A program made the position numbers and the translations under genes. The notes beneath the pieces are model-generated. The model was not told where the DNA came from, made no database searches, and saw only the letters and a program-made list of their open reading frames with translations. A stretch of DNA of 20,000 nucleotides from Chiloscyllium plagiosum (Eukaryota), in assembly GCF_004010195.1 (NCBI RefSeq), contig NC_057760.1, forward strand, positions 1,779,534-1,799,533. The letters are read 5' to 3'. The stretch's first letter is position 1. Each line of letters opens with the position of its first letter. Shown here piece after piece: positions 1 to 9,516 of the stretch.

Positions 1-279
1 CAATCCACACTAACCTGCACATCCCTGGGCACTATGGGACAATTTAGTATGGCCAATCCACCCTAACCTGCATATCCCTGGGCACTACGGGACAATTTAG
101 CATTGCCAATCCACCCTAACCTGCACATCTTTGGACTGTGGGAGGGAACCAGAGCACCTGGAGGAAACCCACACAGACACAGGGAGGAGAATGTGCAAAC
201 TCCACACACACAGACAGTCGCCCAAGGCTGGAATCGAACCCAGCTCCCTGGTGCTAACCACTGAGCCACCGTGCCACCC
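1..279 (-). mobile_element. HE1-type tRNA-derived SINE (V-SINE core), 5' part with tandem copies of an internal 53-bp unit; runs off the window start
   Basis: The reverse complement reads GGGTGGCACGGTGGCTCAGTGGTTAGCAC...GGTTCGATTCC...TGTGTGGAGTTTGCACATTCTCC...TCCCACAGTCCAAAGATGTGCAGGTTAG, matching the intact copy at 9881. The head has an internal deletion. Confidence 0.9.
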
Positions 280-321
280 CTCCTTAGTATTAAGTAAAGA
301 AATGAAGCTGAAAGTTCAACC

Positions 322-595
322 ATGGCAGCACCAGGAGGTGGTGAAGTTGACATTTCAGGTGTTACACTATCAGCACAAGTGGCAGCAGTGGGATTCAAAC
401 CCTTGCCTCCTTAGAGACTGGAACCTGAAATCAGTACCTTAGGCCACTTGGCCACGCTCTCAGACTCTGAAGAGGTGTTACACCTGAAACATCAACTTCT
501 CCACCTCCTGATGCTGTCTGGCCTGCTGTGTTCTTCCAGCCTCCTGCCTGTCTACTTTGGATTCCAGCATCTGTGCGATTTTTTTTTTGTCTCTT
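322..595. mobile_element. Penelope-like pseudo-LTR remnants in inverted orientation (about 322-372 minus, about 463-595 plus)
   Basis: GCAGCACCAGGAGGTGGTGAAGTTGACATTTCAGGTG is near-complementary to CACCTGAAACATCAACTTCTCCACCTCCTGATGCTG. There is a degenerate CTGAAGA..GAAAC core at 467-490. Same family as 7693-7900 and 9060-9245. Confidence 0.7.
380..461 (-). pseudogene. tRNA-Leu pseudogene (anticodon reads CAG), 82 nt
   Basis: The reverse complement GAGAGCGTGGCCAAGTGGCCTAAGGTACTGATTTCAGGTTCCAGTCTCTAAGGAGGCAAGGGTTTGAATCCCACTGCTGCCA is colinear with vertebrate tRNA-Leu (GGTAGCGTGGCCGAGCGGTCTAAGGCGCTGGATTNAGGCTCCAGTCTCTTCGGAGGCGTGGGTTCGAATCCCACCGCTGCCA), including the long variable arm. It has stem mismatches and a mutated TTCG. 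Confidence 0.8.
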
Positions 596-811
596 CAAGT
601 TCAACCATTGCAGTCTTGCTGAAGTGCTTAGTCATGCTGTGCCCCCACTTCCTGCAAGGGCCCGATCCCCATGCTGGCTCAATCTTCCCCAGCTCTCGTC
701 ATCGCTGCAGATGCCGCAGGGGGTCCTCCATCACCACGTTGGATCTCAGACCGTCCAGGCCTGATCCAGCCGCCATCCTCGGTCCACACGCCAGGCACCG
801 TGAACCCGCCA

Positions 812-1660
812 AGAGGTGGGGGTGAGCCTCCTTCTTGAACCTCTGCAGTGGTGGAGGATCAGCCACAGAGCCATTCGGGAGGAAGTTCCGGGATCTTTGG
901 CTCCAGCAACGCTGAAGGGACGGCCAATTCTCATTCGGAATGGTGGGGTTTGGAGGGGAACCTGCTCAGAATGGTGTATCTGGTGTCCTGTCATTTCAGA
1001 TGGTCATAGTTGTTCGTTTGGAAGGTGCTGTCTGAGGAGCCTCAGCAAGTCACTGCAGTGCATCTTGGATACGCTGCTGGTGGAGGGAGTGATTAGATTC
1101 CACTACAGTGTGGCAACAGGCCCTTCAGCCCAACCAGTCCACGCCAACTCTCTGAAGAGTAGCCCATCCAGACACATTTCCCTCTGCCTAATGCACCTAA
1201 CACTATGGGCAATTTAGCATGGTCAATTCGCCCTGAACTGCATATCTTTGGACTGTGGGAGGGAACCGGAGCACCCAGAGGAAACCCACGCAGATGGGGG
1301 GGGGGCAGAATGTGCAAACTCCACACAGACAGTTGCCCCAAGGCTGGAATCGAACCCGGGTCCCTGGCGCTGTGAGGCAGCAATGGCACCGTGCCGCCCC
1401 AATGGATGTCTGTGGTGCCAATCCAGTGGGGGCTGCTTTGTCCCTGGATGGTGTCGAGATTCCCCAGTGTTGCTGGAGCTGCACCCATCCAGACAAGTGG
1501 GGAGTATTCCCTCACACTCCTGACTCATGCCTTGCTGGCTTTGGCGAGGCGTGAGCCAAGGCACGCACTGTAGAATTCCAAGCCTCTGACCTGCTCTTGC
1601 AGCCTCTTACAGGGCTGGCCTGGTTCAGTGTCTGATTGATGGACGTAGGGACCGAAGGTT
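812..1660 (-). mobile_element. Decayed LINE 3' region (L2/Crack/Daphne-like RT C-terminus), interrupted by an HE1 SINE
   Basis: The minus-strand peptide REYSPLVWMGAAPATLGNLDTIQ..KAA resembles the 'EY.S..W......L..LD.IQ.KA.R.I' thumb region of L2/Jockey-group RTs. The sequence appears to continue on both sides of the SINE. Boundaries are approximate. Confidence 0.65.
1091..1400 (-). mobile_element. HE1-type SINE, near full length
   Basis: GATTAGATT tail at 1091, V-domain core, and head ending GGCACCGTGCCGCCC at 1400. Confidence 0.9.
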
Positions 1661-1674
1661 GAAGGACCAGCAAA

Positions 1675-2000
1675 GAAAAGATATGTATTTATGTAGCACC
1701 TTTCACAACCACAGAAGATCCCAATGTGTTTTACAACCAATGAAGCGCATTTTCTGATGTGGGCTCAGTGTTGTATTGTCGGAAATGTGGCAGGTATTTG
1801 TGCACAGCATGTTCCCACAAACAGTCATAATGACCCATGTCATCTATCTTTATTAATGTGGGGTGAGGAATAAGTTTTATTCCCAGACACTGGGGAGAAC
1901 TGTCTGATGGAGAACATTTCGCCCTCACCCCACTTTAAAACAACAGCATCTGATATTTTGCATTAAAATGGACAGGCAGCACAGTGTTCCCTCAGTGCTG
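1675..2000 (-). mobile_element. Deu-domain SINE (SacSINE1/AmnSINE1-like), old and diverged
   Basis: TATTTATGTAGCACCTTTCAC...CCAATGAAG...TTTGTGCACAGCATGTTCCCACAAACAG...CCAGACACTGGGGAGAACT follows the reverse complement of the DeuSINE core and 3' end as I recall it. Confidence 0.65.
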
Positions 2001-2715
2001 ACCCTCCGACATTGCCCGCTCCCTTAGGGCTGACCCTCTGATACTGCCCCCTCCCTCAGTACTGACCCTCTGATACTGCCCCCTCCCTCAGTGCTGACCC
2101 TCTGACAGCAACTGTGCTCCCTCAGCACTGATCTTCTGACAGTGCGGCGCTCCCTCAGCGCTGACCCTCTGACAATACGGTACTCTCTCAGCGCTGACCC
2201 TCCGACAGTGATGCATTCCCTCAGTGCTGACCCTCTAACAGTGTGATGCTCCCTCAGCGCTGACCCTCCGACAGTGCAGCGCTCCCTCAGCGCTGACCCT
2301 CTGACAGTGCGATGCTCCCTCAGCGCTGACCCTCCGACAGTGCAGCGCTCCCTCAGCGCTGACCCTCTGACACTGCTGCATTCCCTCAACGCTGACCCTC
2401 CAACAGTGTGACACTCCCTCAGCGCTGACTCTCTGTCAGTGTAGTGCTCCCTCAGCGCTGACCCTCCGACAGTGCAGCTCTCCCTCAGCACTGGCTCTCC
2501 AATACTGCAAGCGCACCCTCTGCGCCCCTTCCCTCTGTGCTGACCTGCGACAGTGCCCCCTCCATCAGCCCTGACCTTCTGTCAGCGCCCACTCCCCCGG
2601 CGCTGACCCTCCGACAGTGTCACATCCGTCTGCACCGACCCTCTGCCAGTGCGGCACTCCCTCAGCCTCAACCTTCTGAGAGTGCCCATGCTCTCAGCCC
2701 CGACCCTCCGGCAGC
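1987..2715. repeat. 33-bp minisatellite (CAGCGCTGACCCTCCGACAGTGCAGCGCTCCCT)n, about 20 copies, degenerate at both ends
   Basis: Direct tandem periodicity. It produces the 11-aa repeat LRE..TVGGSA in ORF 2024..2491. Confidence 0.95.
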
Positions 2716-2993
2716 GTGGGACTCCATTTACTTGTTCTGTCAGGTAAGTGGGACGTGCAGGCTTGGAACTTGGATTGGAGGGAGTTCCAACTGGAAGGCT
2801 GGTCCAAAATGTAAGAGACCATGGTATCCAAAGTTGGCTTGCCAATAGGAGGCAAAGAATGATGATGGAGGGTTGTTTTTGTAATTGGAAACTTGCCTGT
2901 AGTAGTATACCACCAGAATCACCCTTGTTGTTTATTATGTACGTTAACAACTTGGATATCAATGTAGAAGGTGTAATATTGTGCACAGTTCTA

Positions 2994-3912
2994 GTTGCTA
3001 CTGGTCGGGACTAGGCCAGACCACTCAAAATATTCTTAAGCAGATGGCCCAGTCCATACGGGTGGCTCAGTGGTTAGCACTGCTGTCTCACAGCACCAGG
3101 GTCCTAGGTTCGATTTCAACCTTGGGCGACTGTCTGTGTGGAGTTTGCATATTCTCCCCATGTCTGCGTGGGTTTCCTCCCACAGTCCAAAGATGTGCAG
3201 GTTAGGTGAATTAGCCACGCTAAATTGCCCATAGTGTAGGGTGCATTAGTCAAAGGGAAAAGGGGTTTGGGTAGGTTACTCTTCTGAGGGTCGGTGTGGA
3301 CGTTTTGGGCTGAAGGGCCAGTTTCCACACTGTAGGAAATCTAATCTAATCATAACTTTGCAATTTGTTTTGGTAAGTGTACAGCGAAAGTTACCCAGAG
3401 TAAGTTAGCTAGGTTGAGTACCGGTCTTAAAACAGACAAAAAATTATTCACAAAATTACACAATGAAACACAAAGAACCCTTCCAGAATTCAGTCTATCC
3501 AACTAGATTTGTGCTGTTCCTAAGAAACACGACAGTGCCAATAAGCAAACCCCCTTATAAAACACAGTAGAAAATGGAACAAATGCTTTACAGGTTGAAG
3601 TTAGAAGGGCAGAAGAAGAGAGAGAGAGTTCCCACACAGCTCACTGTTGAACTCCTAACTAGTTCTGGACTGAAACACTCAGCAGAGAGCTGACCACTCC
3701 CCTTCCATTATACAGGTCACTTCTAAATCATGACCACTTTGGCCTGAAGTCTCATTTGCTTACATATAAACAAAAGGCCTCTCAATACCCTTAAAGCTCT
3801 GTACCAAACCAGTCCAATCAGAACTGGAAACCTCTGGGGGGGGAAAAAAACAAGGACACAGTATCCTTGAGAAAAGGAACAGCTTTCAGAAAAAAGGGAC
3901 CAGTTTCGTGAC
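2994..3912. mobile_element. Probable solo LTR-like element (about 620 bp net) containing an HE1 insertion
   Basis: A non-coding, A-rich block interrupts CR1. Its ends read GTTGC...GTGAC and it is flanked by TCTA at 2990-2993 and 3913-3916. Canonical TG..CA termini are not preserved. Confidence 0.5.
3059..3350 (+). mobile_element. HE1-type SINE
   Basis: GGTGGCTCAGTGGTTAGCACTGCTG... through an (AATCT)n tail. CATA flanks it on both sides (3055-3058, 3351-3354). Confidence 0.9.
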
Positions 3913-4312
3913 TCTATGCTATCAGAAGGATATTATTGCATGGTGCAGAGAAAATGCACCAGAATATTGCCTGGTATGAAAAGTCTCAGTTGTGAGGAGA
4001 GACTGCATAGACCAGAGGGTGTAGTGATAAGCTGAGGAGCAATTGGTTTACAGGAGATCTGAGAGAGAATGTATTCACCCAGAGGGTGGTAGGAGGATGG
4101 AACGTGCTTCTTGGGAGGCTGGTGGAGACAGCTACTCTCGCAACATTAGAGACGCATCTGGATGAGCACTTAAAATGCCAGAGGACACTAGGATATGGAC
4201 CAATTACAGGTTAATGGGATTAATGTAGCTTGTTGGTTGGCGTAAACGCATTGGGCAAATGGGCCTGTTTCAATGCTGTATAACTCTAACAAAGCCACAG
4301 TCTGATGGCTGC

Positions 4313-4494
4313 AGAGAGACAGACAGACAGAGAGACAGACAGACAGAGAGACAGACAGACAGAGAGACAGAGACAGACAGACAGACAGAGAGAGACAGAC
4401 AGGGAGACAGACAGACAGACAGATAGAGACAGACAGAAAGAGAGAAACAGACAGAAAGAGACAGACAGACAGACAGAAAGAGAGACAGAGAGAC
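4313..4494. repeat. (GACA)n/(GA)n compound microsatellite
   Basis: Seen directly in the sequence. Confidence 0.97.
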
Positions 4495-4810
4495 CATGAA
4501 GGGATTGGTACCCAGGCTCAACAGAGTGCCTCTTAGTGACAAGAGAAATGTGGAACTTTACACTGGACAAGGTTTGAAAAACACCAGCGATGATTAATCG
4601 ACACGGGTTGTTTACAAGGGAGTTGGGACAATGTCCATATCCCTGGGCACTGAGTGATGTGGGAAATGTGTCAGTAATAAGCACACATTGTACAACCTGG
4701 ACCTGAGCAACGTATAGGTGAGCACAAAACTACAGAGTGATTCCCTGCAAAGGGAGCTGGATTATTCACATCTTAGGCTGCTTCCACTTCCCACTTTTAT
4801 ATTTCTGCAG

Positions 4811-4930
4811 GAACCCAGTGGGTCAGCCCAGGAAAGGATTGTGAACAAATTGACAGATGCCATTCAGTACAAGCTCTCCCTGAACAGTGTGTTGCCCCAT
4901 GCCAGCGGTATCCCACCCGCCATGCCTTTG
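4811..4930 (+). CDS. Internal coding exon A of an unidentified gene (phase 0-0): [40 protein letters not shown]
   Basis: Strong acceptor cttccacttcccacttttatatttctgcag|, consensus donor |GTAAGT, 120 nt open, non-repetitive sequence. Confidence 0.75.
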
Positions 4931-5074
4931 GTAAGTGTTTGACATGCAGTGACACCACCTGTATTTCAGAGACCTCTGCATCAGTTCCCAATTCCCAATG
5001 CTCAGCTTAATGGTACAGAGTACCGCTGACCCCATTTGCCTCACACCGGCACAATGTTTTAGTGCAGACAAATG

Positions 5075-5585
5075 GAGAGGCGGCTTTACGCTGTACCTAA
5101 CTTCATGCTGTCCCCATCCTGGGAGTGTTGGATGGAGAGACAGTGTAGAGGATGCTTTATTCGGTGTCTAACTCTTTGCTGTCCCTGTCCTGGGAGTGCT
5201 TGATGGGGAACAGTGTAGAGAAGCTGTAGTGTGTATCTAGCCCAATGTTGCCCTGTCCTGGGAGTGTTTGATGGGGACAGTGTAGAGAGAGCTTTACTCT
5301 GTATCTAAACCTGTCCTGTCCCTGTCCCTAGGAGTGTTTGGGGGGCACAGTGTAGAGGGAGCTTTACTCTGTATCTAACCCTGTGCTGTCCCTCACCTGG
5401 GAGTGTTTGATGGGGGACAGTGTAGAGGGAGCTTTTCTCTGTATCTAACCCCGCACTGTCCCTGTCCTGGGAGTGTTTGATGGAGACAGTGTAGAGGGAG
5501 CTTCACTCTGTATCTAACCCTGTGCTGTCCCTGTCCTGTTAGTTTTGACTGAGCAGGGGGTGAGGGGACAGTGTAGTGCGAGTTC
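5075..5585. repeat. 69-70-bp minisatellite (CTGTCCCTGTCCTGGGAGTGTTTGATGGGGACAGTGTAGAGGGAGCTTTACTCTGTATCTAACCCCGTG)n, about 7 copies
   Basis: GGAGTGTTTG recurs at 5261, 5331, 5400 and 5470. Confidence 0.95.
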
Positions 5586-5702
5586 TGCCTTTCTTTATAA
5601 GATATGTTTCTTCCCCTCCTCAAAGCAACAGGGTCTTAAACTAACTATCCACTGTCTGTGTTTCTGATGTGATGAACCATTAATGATCTGCATTGTTCAC
5701 AG

Positions 5703-5782
5703 AAGTACCTACCTGGAAATTTCCCTCGAACATTGAGGGCTCCCGCTCCTGTCACCCATGGGCATCAAATGCAAATAATTCA
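5703..5782 (+). CDS. Internal coding exon B (phase 0-2): KYLPGNFPRTLRAPAPVTHGHQMQII
   Basis: Acceptor tctgcattgttcacag|, donor CA|GTAAGT. Open in the frame set by exon A. Confidence 0.6.
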
Positions 5783-5835
5783 GTAAGTAAGGTGTTACAC
5801 ACTCCCGAGGTACGGAAGAATTTGGAGTTTAGCTG

Positions 5836-5970
5836 TGGAGGGGCCACTGTTGGACTGGGGTGGACAAAGTTAAAAATCACACACCAGGTTATAGTCCAAC
5901 AGGTTTATTTGGAAGCACTAGCTTTTGGAGCACTGCTCCTAACTAGGAGTTGTGTGACTTCTAACTTTGG
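5836..5970. mobile_element. Second PLE-like terminal-repeat family, minus arm plus short inverted arm
   Basis: TGTTGGACTGGGGTGGACAAAGTTAAAAATCACAC..CCAGGTTATAGTCCAACAGG.. recurs at 11713-11830 and, reversed, at 16992-17110. It has a GGAGC-agt-GCTCC hairpin followed by AAAAGCTA on the minus strand. Confidence 0.55.
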
Positions 5971-5995
5971 AGTTTAGGGAAGATGCGTTGTCCTG

Positions 5996-7383
5996 GATTA
6001 GATTAGATTCCCTACAGTGTGGAAACAGGCCATTTGGCCCCACAAGTCCACGCTGACCCTCCGAAGACTAACCCACCTAGACCCATTTCCCTCTGACTAA
6101 TACACCTAACACTATGGGCAATCTAGCATGACCACTTCACCTAACCTGCACATCCCTGGGCACTACAGGACAATTTAGCATGGCCAATCCACATCCTGGA
6201 CACTCCGGGACAATTTAGCATGGCCAATCCACCCTAACCTGCACATCCCTGGGTACTATGGGACAATTTAGCATGGCCAATCCACCCTAACCTGCACATC
6301 CCTGGGCACTATGGGACAATTTAGAACGGCCAATCCACATCCTGGATACTACGGGACAATTTAGCATGGCCAATCCACCCTAACCTGCACATCCCTGGCC
6401 ACTTCGAGACAATTTACCAAGGCCAATCCACCCCTAACCTGCACATCCCTGGGCACTATGGGACAATTTAGCATGGCCAATCCACCCTAACCTGCACATC
6501 CCTGGACACTACGGGACAATTTAGAACGGCCAATCCACATCCTGGATACTACGGGACAATTTAGCATGGCCAATCCACCCAAACCTGCACATCCCTGGGC
6601 ACTACGAGACAATTTACCAAGGCCAATCCACCCCTAACCTGCACATCCCTGGGCACTATGGGACAATTTAGCATGGCCAATCCACCCTAACCTGCACATC
6701 CCTGGGCACTACGAGAAAATTTACCATGGCCAATCCACCCTAACCTGCACATCCCTGGGCACTACGAGACAATTTACCATGTCCAATCCACCCTAACCTG
6801 CACATCCCTGGACACTATGGGACAATTTAGCACGGCCAATCCACCCTAACCTGAACATCCCTGGGCACTATGGGACAATTTAGCATGGCCAATCCACCAT
6901 AACCTGCACATCCCTGGGCACTATGGGACAATTTAGCATGACCAATCCACCCTAACCTGCACATCCCTGGGCACTATGGGACAAATTTAGCACGCCAATC
7001 CACCCTAACCTGAACATCCCTGGGCACTATGGGACAATTTAGCATGGCCAATCCACCCTAACCTGCACATCCCTGGGCACTATGGGACAATTTAGCATGG
7101 TCAATCCACCCTAACCTGCACATCCCTGGGCACTACGGGACAATTTAGTATGGCCAATCCACCCCTGACCTGCACATCCCTGGGCACTACGGGACAATTT
7201 AGCATGGCCAATCCACCCTAACCTGCAGAACTTTGGACTATGGGAGGAAACCGGAGCACCTGGAGGAAACCCACACAGACACAGGGAGAATGTGCAAACT
7301 CCACACAGACAGTCGCCCCGAGGGTGGAATTAACCCTGGGTCCCTGGTGCCATGAGGCAGCAGTGCTAACCACTGAGCCACCA
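5996..7383 (-). mobile_element. HE1-type SINE expanded to about 1.4 kb by an internal tandem array
   Basis: The GATTAGATTAGATT tail at 5996 and the head CTAACCACTGAGCCACCA ending at 7383 bracket the array. Confidence 0.9.
6110..7225. repeat. 53-bp tandem array (GGCACTATGGGACAATTTAGCATGGCCAATCCACCCTAACCTGCACATCCCTG)n, about 21 units, with 40- and 54-bp variants
   Basis: Direct periodicity. The unit is a segment of the HE1 body. Confidence 0.97.
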
Positions 7384-7394
7384 TCTTGAAACCC

Positions 7395-7690
7395 CTGGTG
7401 GCTTCTCCACCGACACCATCCCCGCCCCATCCACTGCACCTTCCCTGTAACCGCAGAAGGTGCAACACCTGCCCCTTACACTCCTCGCTGTTCACCATCC
7501 AAGGGCCTGAGCCAGGTGAAGCAACATTTCACCTGTACCTCCTCTGATCTTGTGTATTGTATTCACTGCACCTAATGCAAATTGGAGAAACCAATCGCAG
7601 ACTGGGTGATCGCTTTGCAGGACTCTGACCTTCCCATAGCCGGTCACTTTAACACAGCGTCCTGCTCGCATGGCCACATGTCTGTTCTCA
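7395..7690 (+). mobile_element. Penelope-like element GIY-YIG endonuclease/linker fragment (decayed)
   Basis: With frameshifts it translates to TFPCNRRRCNTCP...TIQGP..QVKQHFTCTSSDLVYCIHC...IGETNRRLGDRFA..DLPIAGHFN...H.HMSV. This is the Cys-rich linker plus VY..YIGET..R motif of PLE ORFs. Confidence 0.85.
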
Positions 7691-7692
7691 GT

Positions 7693-7900
7693 GGAGAAGG
7701 CTGGAAGAACATAGCAGGCCGGGCAGCATCAGCTGTGAAGAAGTCAATGTTTCGGCTGTGACCCTTCTCTAGTCCTGAACAAGGGTTACACCTGAAATGT
7801 CGACCACTCCACCTCCTGAAGCTGCCTGGCTTGCTGTGTTCTTCCAGCCGCCTGCTTGTCTACCTTGGATTCCAGCATCTGCAGTTTTTGTTTTCTCTAA
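7693..7900. mobile_element. Inverted pair of PLE pseudo-LTR arms
   Basis: GGCTGGAAGAACATAGCAGGCCGGGCAGCATCAG pairs with GCTGCCTGGCTTGCTGTGTTCTTCCAGCC. Degenerate hammerhead cores lie near 7743-7803. Confidence 0.7.
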
Positions 7901-8830
7901 CAGAGGAGGTATAATTAGTAAGTTTGCGGATGACACCAAAATTGGAGGTGTAGTGGACAGCAAAGAGGGTTACCTCAGATTACAACAGGATCTGGACCAG
8001 ATGGGCCAATGGGCTGAGAAGTGGCAGATGGAGTTTAATTTAGATAAATGCGAGGTGCTGCATTTTGGGAAAGGCAAATCAGGGTAGGACTTATACACTT
8101 AATGGTAAGGTCCCAGGGAGTGTTGCTGAACAAAGAGACCTTGGAGTGCAGGTTCATAGCTCCTTGAAAGTGGAGTTGCAGGTAGATAGGATAGTGAAGA
8201 AGGCATTTGGTATGCTTTCCTTTATTAGTCAGAGTATTGAGTATAGGAGTCGGGATGTCATGTTGCGGCTGTACAGGACATTGGTTAGGCCACTGTTGGA
8301 ATATTCTGTGCAGTTCTGGTCTCCTTCCTATCGGGAAGATGTTGTGAAACATGAAAGGGTTCAGAAAAGATTTACAAGGATGTTGCCAGGGTTGGAGGGT
8401 TTGAGCTACAGGGAGAGGCTGAACAGGTTGGGGCTGTTTTCCCTGGAGCGTCAGAGGCTGAGGGGTGACCTTATAGAGGTTTATAAAATCAAGAGGGACA
8501 TGGATAGGATAAACATCTTTTCCCTGGGGTGGGGTAGTCCAAAACTAGAGGGCATAGGGTTAGGGTGAGAGGGGAAGATATAAAAGGGACCCAAGTGGCA
8601 ACCTTTTCACCTGGTGCGTGTATGGAATGAGCTGCCAGAGGAAGTGGTGGAGGCTGGTACAATGACAGCATTTAAAAGGCACCTGGATGGGGACATGAAT
8701 AGGAAGGGTTTGGAGGGATATGGGCCGGGTGCTGGCAGGTGGGACTAGATTGGGTTGGGATATCTGGTCGGCATGGACGGGTTGGACCGAAGGGTCTGTT
8801 TCTGTGCTGCACATCTCTATGAGTCTATGA
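7901..8830 (+). mobile_element. CR1 (HER1-type) LINE, 5'-truncated, RT C-terminus and 3' UTR
   Basis: ISKFADDTKIGG..LQQDLD....WAEKWQMEFNLDKCEVLHFG, RDLGVQVH, LYRTLVRPLLEYSVQFWSP, RLRGDLIEVYKI. Frameshifted, with an (ATCTCTATG)-type tail. Confidence 0.95.
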
Positions 8831-9059
8831 TGTGTCTGTCCTCTGCATGCTGTAGTGTTCAAGTGAATCGCAGCGCTAACTGGAATACCATCATCTCATC
8901 TTCAGACCAGGCACGTTACAGTCTTCTGCACTTAATACTGAGTTCAACACCCTCAAATTGTGAACCAGATCCCATTCCTTCCCTTTCTTTTAGCTTGTTA
9001 TCATTTCCCCTTTTCCCTCCCCCATCCAAGTGGGACTGTCTGTCCTTTCAGGTCTGGAT

Positions 9060-9245
9060 AGAGACAAATGCTGGAACCCAAGGTAGACAGGCAGGGGGCT
9101 GGAAGAACACAGAGAGCCAGGCAGCGTCAGGAGGTGTGAAGTAGGCATTTCAGGCCTTAAAGAAGGATTACACCCGAAACGTCGACTTCTCCACCTCCTG
9201 ACGCTGCCTGGCCTGCTGTGTTCTTCCAGCCCCCTGCCTGTCCTT
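9060..9245. mobile_element. Inverted pair of PLE pseudo-LTR arms
   Basis: AGACAGGCAGGGGGCTGGAAGAACACAG..CCAGGCAGCGTCAGGAGGTG pairs with CACCTCCTGACGCTGCCTGG..CTGTGTTCTTCCAGCCCCCTGCCTGTC. CCCGAAACGTC is at 9173-9183. Confidence 0.75.
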
Positions 9246-9516
9246 TCAAGCCTGGCAGGTAGACTCACCAGTGTTCTGCCGTTCTCACGTTCTGATCACT
9301 TAATCTGAACGTTCAACATGTTTTCTCCATCAGCACCCTGCACCCTACCCCTCCACAATTCACTTCCGCTTGCTCTCTCTGCATGGGGTGCTGTCTGACC
9401 CTCTGTAATCTCCAGCATTTGTTGTTTTCAGGAGGGATTCCGTGATTCTATGATTCAGTACTGGTTCCTCCCAGTTCAGTTACACACGACATGTCTCACA
9501 AGGGCCAGCTGTGAAA

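Larger units (their letters stand above)
2815..4290 (+). mobile_element. Old CR1 LINE fragments (2815-2993 and 3913-4290) split by an LTR-like insertion
   Basis: IQSWLANRRQRMMMEGCFCNWK..SSIPPES.PLLFIMYVNNLDINVEG is a decayed CR1 RT 'W....RRQRV.V.G..S.W..V.SGVPQGS.LGPLLF.IYINDLD'. The 3' part ends in a CR1-like tail GGGCCTGTTTCAATGCTGTATAACTCTA. Confidence 0.75.

Noticed and set aside
2024..2491. 155-aa repeat-protein ORF (LRE..TVGGSA)n
   Set aside because: It is a by-product of a 33-bp minisatellite, with no splice or start context on the minus strand.
4270..4684. SLSVCL / RQTDRE ORFs
   Set aside because: These are translations of the (GACA)n microsatellite.
4540..4722. Exon ending at TAG|GTGAGC near 4716
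   Set aside because: There is no good acceptor upstream, all three frames have stops, and the phase-0 frame ends in TAG.
6110..7225. CRISPR-like regular array
   Set aside because: The units are contiguous with no unique spacers, there are no cas genes, the context is eukaryotic, and the unit is part of a SINE.
7797..8568. Functional reverse transcriptase gene
   Set aside because: It is a 5'-truncated, frameshifted CR1 copy, and the first ORF is a chance fusion with a PLE arm.
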